The notes under the pieces were generated by a model. The model did no database searches, was not told the DNA's origin, and was given only the letters and a program-made list of their open reading frames with translations. Positions 17,431 to 24,025 of a stretch of 24,025 bases of DNA are shown here, piece by piece. This DNA is from Candidatus Helarchaeota ASGARD archaeon Hel_GB_B (GTDB taxonomy: Archaea > Asgardarchaeota > Lokiarchaeia > Helarchaeales > HEL-GB-B). A program made the translations under genes and the position numbers. The stretch's first letter is position 1. Each line of letters starts with the position of its first letter. The stretch covers positions 1 to 24,025 of the forward strand of contig SUPR01000052.1 of NCBI GenBank assembly GCA_005191425.1, in the 5' to 3' direction.

Positions 17431-18009
17431 ATGATATATTTTATCACTAGTAATGATGGAAAATTTAAGGAAGCAAAATTATTTTTGAGAAAAAATTATA
17501 ATGTTGAAATTGAGAGGATAAAAGGTATTGAAGTCCCTGAAATTCAATCCGATAAACTTGAAGAAATTGCGGAATTCAGTTTAAATTTTTTATTACAAAA
17601 AAATAAAGCGCCACAATTTGTAGAGGATGCAGGATTATTTATTGAAATATTAAATGGTTTTCCAGGTCCATATTCAGCGTATGTCTATAAAACTATTGGA
17701 AATCAAGGAATTTTGAATTTACTTAAGCCAATTAGGGGTAATAATGAAGTAAAAGCTTATTTTAAAGCGGTAATTGCATATTATGACTTTAAAAACAATA
17801 AAAACGTATTATTCGAAGGGATTTCCCATGGTTTAATTTCAGATAGAATAAAAGGAGACAAAGGTTGGGGGTTTGATCCGATATTCATACCAATAGAAGG
17901 GAATGGAATGACATTTGCAGAAATGGGTATAGAAAATAAAAATAAATATTCACATCGCATTGACGCATTAAAAAAATTAGGAAATTACATTAAAAAATTT
18001 GGGGTTTGA
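17431..18009 (+). CDS. rdgB: Non-canonical purine NTP pyrophosphatase (RdgB/HAM1, XTP/dITP diphosphatase)
   Basis: FITSNDGKFKEA, EIQS, VEDAGL, GFPGPYS, GWGFDPIF, TFAEM, KN..SHR. Confidence 0.96.
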   Translation: MIYFITSNDGKFKEAKLFLRKNYNVEIERIKGIEVPEIQSDKLEEIAEFSLNFLLQKNKAPQFVEDAGLFIEILNGFPGPYSAYVYKTIGNQGILNLLKPIRGNNEVKAYFKAVIAYYDFKNNKNVLFEGISHGLISDRIKGDKGWGFDPIFIPIEGNGMTFAEMGIENKNKYSHRIDALKKLGNYIKKFGV

Positions 18010-18010
18010 A

Positions 18011-18023
18011 CAAACTTTATAAA
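18011..18023 (+). promoter_or_regulatory. Candidate BRE/TATA box for the rps15-DHH-rps3ae unit
   Basis: CAAAC-TTTATAAA (TATA at 18016-18023), about 190 nt upstream of the rps15 ATG; not verified. Confidence 0.3.
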
Positions 18024-18215
18024 CCAAAAAAACACACTCCTTAACCACAAGTTTTAAAAATTGACTAAATAAAAAATAACAAATTTTAAAAAGTATCTTT
18101 CAAATTCTAATTCATAATAACAAGATTTTTAAAAATTGATAAAAATAAATTGATAATCCAAAATTAATAAAGAAAAAAATAATTTAAATCTTAAAAATAG
18201 TTATTGTGATGAATA

Positions 18216-18674
18216 ATGGGTAGAATGCAATCACCAAAACATGGAAAATCTTCATCACATAGACCACCGCATCCTACTTACCCTTCATGGGCAGGTCTGC
18301 AGTCTAAGGAAGAAGTCGAGAATATGATAATTAAATTGGCGCGGGAAGGGCATAAGCCTGCAATGATTGGAATGATATTAAGGGATAGTTATGGGGTACC
18401 ATTGTCAAGGTTAATCACTGGAAAAAGAATTACTCAAATTTTGAAAGAAAATGATCTTGCTATGGCAATACCAGAAGACCTCTATAACCTTATTAAAAAA
18501 GCTGTTAATTTAAGGAGGCATATGGAGGAAAATCCAAAAGACTTCAGGAGTAAAAGGAGTTTATTTCTGTTAGAGAGTAAAATTCATCGGTTATCAAAAT
18601 ACTATCGTCGTAAAAAAGTATTACCGGCTTATTGGAAATATAGCCCGGATAAAGCAGCCACTCTTATTTCATAA
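18216..18674 (+). CDS. rps15: 30S ribosomal protein uS15 (S15/S13e)
   Basis: MGRM, GKSSS.RP, P.W, IGMILRD.YG.P, IPEDLYNLIKKAVNLRRHM..NPKD..SKR.L.L.ESKIHRL.KYY. Confidence 0.98.
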   Translation: MGRMQSPKHGKSSSHRPPHPTYPSWAGLQSKEEVENMIIKLAREGHKPAMIGMILRDSYGVPLSRLITGKRITQILKENDLAMAIPEDLYNLIKKAVNLRRHMEENPKDFRSKRSLFLLESKIHRLSKYYRRKKVLPAYWKYSPDKAATLIS

Positions 18675-18717
18675 CTGGATTTTAATTTAAAATTATACCC
18701 GGAAAAGGGGAAATGTA

Positions 18718-20154
18718 TTGGAGCAATACTCCAAATTTTTTGATAGAGTCAATGTAATAGCAAAAAAGTTAAATGAATGGATAACTAGTGGAGAGATTAT
18801 TTATATAATAAGTAACTATGAGGCGGATGGGATAGCTGCTTCAGCAATTTTAATAAAATTAATTCTAAATTTAGAGGGTAAATTTCATTTAAGATTTGTT
18901 GATTATATAGATAAAGAATGGATAATCAAATATATAGATGAATTCAAGAATAGAATAGAAGAAGGATACTTTGTTTTTCTAGATATTGGGTCCACAACAC
19001 TTCATTATTTAAACAAACTTTTTCCCCATAATAAAGTCATTGTTTTAGACAACGATTATCTAAGAAGTAAAAGTGGAAATTATGATCTTTTGTATTTTAA
19101 TCTTGAGGAGTTAAATATTGATGGGGAATTAGAGATATCTACTTCAGGAATTACATATTATGTTGCAAGAGCAATTTGTCAATTAAACATAGAATTAGGA
19201 AGTTTGGGATTAATTGAAGACTTACTACCATTTGGGATCATTGGGGCATTAGGAGATAACCAAGATAAAGGAGAAATGCATGGGTTGCTAGGACTTAATA
19301 AATTGATATTGGACGACTGCAAAGAGTTGAAGTTGATTGATGAACAAAAAGGCCCAAGATTTTTTAGACAAGAAAGTCATATTTTAAATTCGTTATTAGA
19401 AACTATTGAACCATATCTTAATGGATTAACTAATAATAAAAAAGCTATTAGCGACTTACTTATCAAACTTAACATCCCTTTAAATATCACTTTAAAAGAT
19501 TTGAGTAATCAGAAAATAAGTGAATTGAATTCAGAATTGATAAAATATACGCCAGCTCGTAAAGACATAGTCGGAATAAATTATATTTTTTTAAATGAAA
19601 TGCCTAAATCAGTATTAAGAGATGCAAGAGAATATGCAATTCTATTAAATGCATGTGGTAGATTGAATTTTCCGAGTACTGGGCTCAGAGTGTGTTTGGG
19701 AGATCGTGGTACTCAATTGAGGGAAGCAACAGATTTATATAAAAAGTATAGAGATTCGATTACATTTTATTTAGATTGGATTAGCACTCCTGATAATTTG
19801 ATTGAAAAATCATTAGTACAATGTATTTTAGGTGGTTCTATTATTACCAATAGAATTATAATTCCGATAATATCAATTGCATTAAAGAATCATATCTTGA
19901 ATCCAAATAAAATTGTCTTAGGTTATTTACAATACAAAAAAGATGTCAATATTATTTATGGCATTAATCCATTTCAAGGTGAAAATAAGAAAATTAATAT
20001 TTGGGAGGTTATAAAACAAACAAACAAAAAATTAAAAATTGATACAAAAACTATTGGAAATAGAAAAAAAGCTATAGTAAAAATTTCAAATAAGATTAAT
20101 ATAAAAGAATATCTTGATATTTTAGAAAGTATTATAAAAAAACAGATTGAATAA
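18718..20154 (+). CDS. RecJ-like DHH-family protein (GAN/Cdc45 orthologue), probably nuclease-inactive
   Basis: IIS-NYEADG-IAASAIL, VFLDIGS, IDG..EISTSG.TY, GALGDNQD, E.A.LLNACGR; 478 aa; located between rps15 and rps3ae. The DHH motif reads DND. Confidence 0.85.
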   Translation: MEQYSKFFDRVNVIAKKLNEWITSGEIIYIISNYEADGIAASAILIKLILNLEGKFHLRFVDYIDKEWIIKYIDEFKNRIEEGYFVFLDIGSTTLHYLNKLFPHNKVIVLDNDYLRSKSGNYDLLYFNLEELNIDGELEISTSGITYYVARAICQLNIELGSLGLIEDLLPFGIIGALGDNQDKGEMHGLLGLNKLILDDCKELKLIDEQKGPRFFRQESHILNSLLETIEPYLNGLTNNKKAISDLLIKLNIPLNITLKDLSNQKISELNSELIKYTPARKDIVGINYIFLNEMPKSVLRDAREYAILLNACGRLNFPSTGLRVCLGDRGTQLREATDLYKKYRDSITFYLDWISTPDNLIEKSLVQCILGGSIITNRIIIPIISIALKNHILNPNKIVLGYLQYKKDVNIIYGINPFQGENKKINIWEVIKQTNKKLKIDTKTIGNRKKAIVKISNKINIKEYLDILESIIKKQIE

Positions 20155-20239
20155 ACACATAAAAATTTTACGAGCAAAAACTTTTAATTTAAAAAAAAAT
20201 CTAACCTTATTACAATATAATAATCGAATAGTTGGTAAT

Positions 20240-20845
20240 ATGTCAAGCCGCAGAAAAAAATCATCAGATAAAAAGAAACACATGGAAGTAAAAGAGTTTT
20301 ATACATTAATTTCGCCAGAATATTTTGGTGAAGCAGAAATTGGGATGACGCCTGCAAAAACCCCAGAGCATGTAATATCGAGAGTAGTTGAAATTACTTT
20401 ATCAGATTTAACTAATGATTTTTCCCAAATGCATGTTAAATTGAAATTTAAAGTTGAAAAAGTAATTGGAAACATCGCCTATACTAAATTTGTGGGTTCT
20501 GATTTTACAAGAGATTATTTACGAAGCTTGGTAAGAAGACTGACGACTAGAATAGATGGAATATACAATATTACGACAAAAGATGGTTATGTATTGAGAA
20601 TAACAGCTTTAGTGTTTACAGAACATAGAATTTCACATAAACAAAAATATTCTATTCGTAAAATCATCAAAGAAATTTTAGAGGAAGAATCTGCAAAACT
20701 GAATTTTAATGAATTTGTATGTGATTTGGTTTATGGAAAAACTGCATCAAAAATATACAAGAAATCAAAAGAAATTGTACCTATAAGAAGAGCAGAAATT
20801 TTAAAAAGTAAATTATTAGTAGAACCAAATACTAATGCCTCTTAA
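20240..20845 (+). CDS. rps3ae: 30S ribosomal protein eS1 (S3Ae)
   Basis: YTLISPEYFG..EIG.TPA, SRVVE.TL.DLT.DF, DYLRSLVRR.TTRIDG, TKDGY, IVPIRRAEI.KSK. ATG at 20240 is preferred over TTG at 20147, which adds a non-homologous AT-rich extension. Confidence 0.97.
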   Translation: MSSRRKKSSDKKKHMEVKEFYTLISPEYFGEAEIGMTPAKTPEHVISRVVEITLSDLTNDFSQMHVKLKFKVEKVIGNIAYTKFVGSDFTRDYLRSLVRRLTTRIDGIYNITTKDGYVLRITALVFTEHRISHKQKYSIRKIIKEILEEESAKLNFNEFVCDLVYGKTASKIYKKSKEIVPIRRAEILKSKLLVEPNTNAS

Positions 20846-20867
20846 TTTGTAATATAATCTACAACCA

Positions 20868-21554
20868 TCATTCTGTTTTAATTATTGAAGATTTATCTAA
20901 TTCCTTTAATTTTGATATTACATTTTTTTGTTTGGTTATTTGCTCTTTTAAAAAATTGATAGTCTTATTTTTATTATTAATCATATTCAAAAGATTTTGA
21001 ATTTTATCCTGAAACTCATTAAATTCTTGTAAATCCTTAGCTTTTAAGAGTATACTTAATTCTTGTTTAAGTTGAGTAATCTCTTGATTTAATGCTTGTT
21101 TTTTTAAATCTCTTTTTTTAATCTCACTATTTAATTTATCACAAATAATGGGGACATAATCTATTTTTTTATTCAATTGTTCAATCAGGTTCTCTTTTTT
21201 ATTAAGTTTTAGCATTAATTCCTTATTTTCTTCTTTTAATTGTAAATAATTTTTATTTAAAGCTTGAATAATTTTATTTTTATTATTTAATAGTGATTCA
21301 AAATCTGCGATGGTATTTCTATATCTTTTAATTGATTCCGCCACGCTTGGAGTTATTTGGTTTTGGAAAATGTCTATTTTTGTTTCAAACTCAAAAATTT
21401 TATGATTTAATTCTTTTATTTTTGATTTTAATTCTTTAATAATATTGTCTCGTTCTTTTAATTCTTCTTCTTTAATTTTTAATTCCAATTCAAGCCCATC
21501 TATTATACTTATAAGTTTTTCGCGCTCATAATTTTCATCAGACATTTTAACCAT
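20868..21554 (-). CDS. Long coiled-coil hypothetical protein
   Basis: K/E/N/Q/L/I-rich, with a heptad pattern along almost the whole 228 aa and no TM segment. Confidence 0.7.
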   Translation of the reverse strand: MVKMSDENYEREKLISIIDGLELELKIKEEELKERDNIIKELKSKIKELNHKIFEFETKIDIFQNQITPSVAESIKRYRNTIADFESLLNNKNKIIQALNKNYLQLKEENKELMLKLNKKENLIEQLNKKIDYVPIICDKLNSEIKKRDLKKQALNQEITQLKQELSILLKAKDLQEFNEFQDKIQNLLNMINNKNKTINFLKEQITKQKNVISKLKELDKSSIIKTE

Positions 21555-21680
21555 TTTAAAATCGTATTACAAAAAAATAATATGAACTGTTAAATTTAAT
21601 ATTTAGTAATACAAATTTTTAAAAAATTATTAATCCAATTTGAATAGAATTGAAAAATAATAGATGAGTGGAACTAAAAG

Positions 21681-22946
21681 ATGAAAGCTGTGATATTAGT
21701 TGCTGGTGAAGGTAAAAGACTAAGACCATTAACTCTTGGTAGACCGAAACATCTACTACCTATTGCTGGTAAACCATTATTAGAGTATACAATTGAAATG
21801 CTTAAAAAAATTGGAATTAAAGATATAATTCTTGTTGTAGGGCATTCAGAGGAGCTAATAAAAGATTATTTTAAAGACGGATCATCATTTAAAATAAATA
21901 TAGAATATATTACACAATATCCGCCATTAGGTACTGCACATGCAGCAGGACTTACAGAAAAATATATCGATGATGATTTTATTCTAATATATGGAGATAT
22001 TATTGTAAGTCAGAATACATACGATGAATTATTGAAAAAATATAATAAAATCAATAAGAAATCAATTATTTCTTTAAAAATAGTTAATGATCCTGAAAAA
22101 TATGGAATAGTCCAATTAGAAAACGACCAAGCAATAAGAATAATAGAGAAACCAAATGATCCTAAATTAGGTAATCTTGCAAATGCAGGTATTTATATCT
22201 TAAAACCCACGATTTTTGATCATATTAAAAAAACCCAAAAATCCAAACGAGGAGAATATGAAATTACCGATTCACTTCAAATGTTTATAGACGACGGAAA
22301 TCCATTATACGGATTTATTTTACCTTATTGGTGGGTCGATGTTGGACGTCCTTGGGATTTGTTGGACGCAAATAAATTATTAATGGACGAAATAGAGTAT
22401 AATGTTAAAGGGACAGTAGAGCAAGGGGCATATCTACATGGAAATGTTAGTATTGGTGAAAATTCAATAATTAGAAGTGGTGCATATTTGAAAGGGCCAA
22501 TAATTATTGGAAAAAATTGTGATATAGGTCCAAATTGTTATATTAGAGATTACGCCACTATCGGAGATAATGTAAGGATTGGAAATGCTTGTGAAATTAA
22601 AGGGAGTATTATCATGAAAAATACAAAAATAGCACATTTGAGTTATGTTGGAGATAGTATTATTGGAGAAAATTGTAATTTAGGTGCAGGGACAATTACG
22701 GCAAATTTAAGATTTGATAAAAAGCATATAAAAATGACAATTAAAGAAAGAAGGATTAGTTCTAAGCGTAAAAAGTTAGGGACGATAATAGGTGATTATG
22801 TCCAGACAGGTATTGGGACGACTATTTTACCAGGTATAAAAATAGGTACTAATTCAATCGTAGGACCAAATATTAATGTTTGGGAAGATATACCAGAAAA
22901 TTCACTGGTGATTTTAAAAGAAAAATTAGAAATAAGAAAGAGATAA
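21681..22946 (+). CDS. glmU: Sugar-1-phosphate nucleotidyltransferase with a left-handed beta-helix (archaeal bifunctional GlmU-like)
   Basis: VILVAGEG.RLRPLT..RPK.LLPIAGKPL, LGTAHA, YGD, IIEKP, NAGIY, RGEYEITD, W.DVGRPWDLL; hexapeptide repeats, HLSYVGDS.IG..CNLGAGTITANLRFD. Substrate specificity is not certain. Confidence 0.85.
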   Translation: MKAVILVAGEGKRLRPLTLGRPKHLLPIAGKPLLEYTIEMLKKIGIKDIILVVGHSEELIKDYFKDGSSFKINIEYITQYPPLGTAHAAGLTEKYIDDDFILIYGDIIVSQNTYDELLKKYNKINKKSIISLKIVNDPEKYGIVQLENDQAIRIIEKPNDPKLGNLANAGIYILKPTIFDHIKKTQKSKRGEYEITDSLQMFIDDGNPLYGFILPYWWVDVGRPWDLLDANKLLMDEIEYNVKGTVEQGAYLHGNVSIGENSIIRSGAYLKGPIIIGKNCDIGPNCYIRDYATIGDNVRIGNACEIKGSIIMKNTKIAHLSYVGDSIIGENCNLGAGTITANLRFDKKHIKMTIKERRISSKRKKLGTIIGDYVQTGIGTTILPGIKIGTNSIVGPNINVWEDIPENSLVILKEKLEIRKR

Positions 22947-22947
22947 C

Positions 22948-24025
22948 TTATTTTTCGGATTTTTTATGCGCAATTTCCGCTCTTGACAAATAGTGCTCAC
23001 CAGCATCAGTATCATCTAATCTAAAGAAAATATCGGCGATTCGATAGTATAATATCGAAGCTTCACTATATTTTTGTTTCTTAAATAAATTTTCAGCTTT
23101 TGAGGATAATCGAGGAAGGATTGACCGTAATTGTTCTGATGATACTTTTTCTAGTTGCATTTTAGCTTTAATTTCTTTTATTTTACTTTCAGTCTTAGTT
23201 GCTTTTGTTGAATCCCTTAATATTAAATAAGCATCCCTTATTTTTTCATAAAAATAAAGTGCAACGGCATATAATTCATCTTTTAATGCGTTTCTCGCAT
23301 TTTTCAGATAATCACTAATATTAAGTTTTGCTAATTCGACTTCAGCTTCAGTTATTTCTTTAGGTACCAATTCTTCTTCTTCTTCAGCTTTTTCTTTTGC
23401 TTTTTCCTTGGTTTCTTGTAATTTTTTGATTTGTTTAATAAGATATTTTGCTTTTTCTAGATAGCCAAAAGCGATTTCTTTTTCACCTAAATCTTCTGAA
23501 AGTTTTGCGGCTTCTTTATAATATTTAGAAGCTTGAGCAAGTTTATTTTCTGCCTCGTATTTCTGAGCTTTTTGAAAAGCTATTTCTCTTAATTCTTCTA
23601 GTTTATTAATTTCTTGTGGTACTCGTTTTTCCTCAATTTTTTCTTCTATTTTCTTTGCGTTGTTTCGAGCTTTTTCTGCACTTTCAGGTTTATTTATTTC
23701 GGTATAAAGAATAGCCATCAATTCATAAAATTCAATTGCTTTTTTAAGATTAGCACTTTCTAATGCGCTTTTAATTTTTTCTTTTAGATTTTTTATTTCA
23801 TTTTGAATAATAGTAATCCACTGATCACTTGGCTGGCCTTCTTGAATATCACGTTCTCTAGCTAATCTTGCCCAAGTGATGAATTTCTCTGCACCATCTT
23901 CTTCCCCTAGTTTTAATAATAAGCGAGATGCAGCTTCAAAGTTATGTGCTGCAGAAATGTAATTTTGTTTTGCCATTAATTTATCTGCTTTATTTAAAAA
24001 TTCACCAGTTTTTCGTCTTAAATCG
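22948..24025 (-). CDS. Helical-repeat protein (five TPR/MIT-like modules visible), 5'-truncated by the window edge
   Basis: The frame stays open upstream of the ATG at 23976 to the window end (DLRRKTGEFLNKADKL-MAKQ...). Repeated unit: A..a....y..A...Y..aa.l...Lg....A..y...A. Confidence 0.8.
   Translation of the reverse strand, partial: DLRRKTGEFLNKADKLMAKQNYISAAHNFEAASRLLLKLGEEDGAEKFITWARLARERDIQEGQPSDQWITIIQNEIKNLKEKIKSALESANLKKAIEFYELMAILYTEINKPESAEKARNNAKKIEEKIEEKRVPQEINKLEELREIAFQKAQKYEAENKLAQASKYYKEAAKLSEDLGEKEIAFGYLEKAKYLIKQIKKLQETKEKAKEKAEEEEELVPKEITEAEVELAKLNISDYLKNARNALKDELYAVALYFYEKIRDAYLILRDSTKATKTESKIKEIKAKMQLEKVSSEQLRSILPRLSSKAENLFKKQKYSEASILYYRIADIFFRLDDTDAGEHYLSRAEIAHKKSEK

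Noticed and set aside
17414-18009. TGA stops of the PCI-like gene and rdgB as possible selenocysteine codons
   Set aside because: Both proteins are complete at the TGA, the downstream frames are short and non-homologous, and no Cys-equivalent position or SECIS was evident.
14474-20177. Minus-strand ORFs 14474-14689, 16545-16739 and 19974-20177
   Set aside because: Antisense shadows of kae1, the hydrolase remnant and the DHH gene.
20147-20239. 31-aa N-terminal extension of rps3ae from the TTG at 20147
   Set aside because: AT-rich, not eS1-like; homology starts at the ATG at 20240.
1-24025. tRNA/rRNA genes, CRISPR arrays, transposases or integrases
   Set aside because: No GC-rich structured intergenic segment, no regularly spaced direct repeats and no transposase/integrase motifs were seen.

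Overview
Very AT-rich archaeal chromosomal window, most likely from an Asgard archaeon (Lokiarchaeia-like; inferred from gene content, a longin-like domain, a PCI-like winged helix and B-box-like zinc fingers). The backbone is the conserved archaeal information-processing cluster: ndk, aIF5B, rps6e, rps27ae, rps24e, dephospho-CoA kinase (DUF359), spt4, rpoE1, a PIN nuclease, aIF2-gamma, kae1, bud32, RdgB/HAM1, rps15, a GAN/Cdc45-type DHH protein and rps3ae, followed by a GlmU-like enzyme. The cluster appears locally rearranged and is interrupted by accessory genes. Main points: (1) a 1514-aa single-pass surface protein with duplicated extracellular domains and a cytoplasmic longin-like plus winged-helix tail, i.e. 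a receptor-like architecture; (2) a spt4 gene missing from the ORF track that has no ATG/GTG/TTG start and appears to begin at ATT; (3) a GAN/Cdc45 orthologue whose DHH catalytic motifs are degenerate; (4) an Rpo7 subunit with a 7x (K/R)(K/R)TT repeat tail; (5) two proteins sharing an MIT/TPR-like helical repeat; (6) a multi-B-box-like Cys-rich protein; (7) a truncated alpha/beta hydrolase. I saw no rRNA, tRNA, CRISPR array or mobile element. All assignments come from motif recognition by eye; no database search was run.
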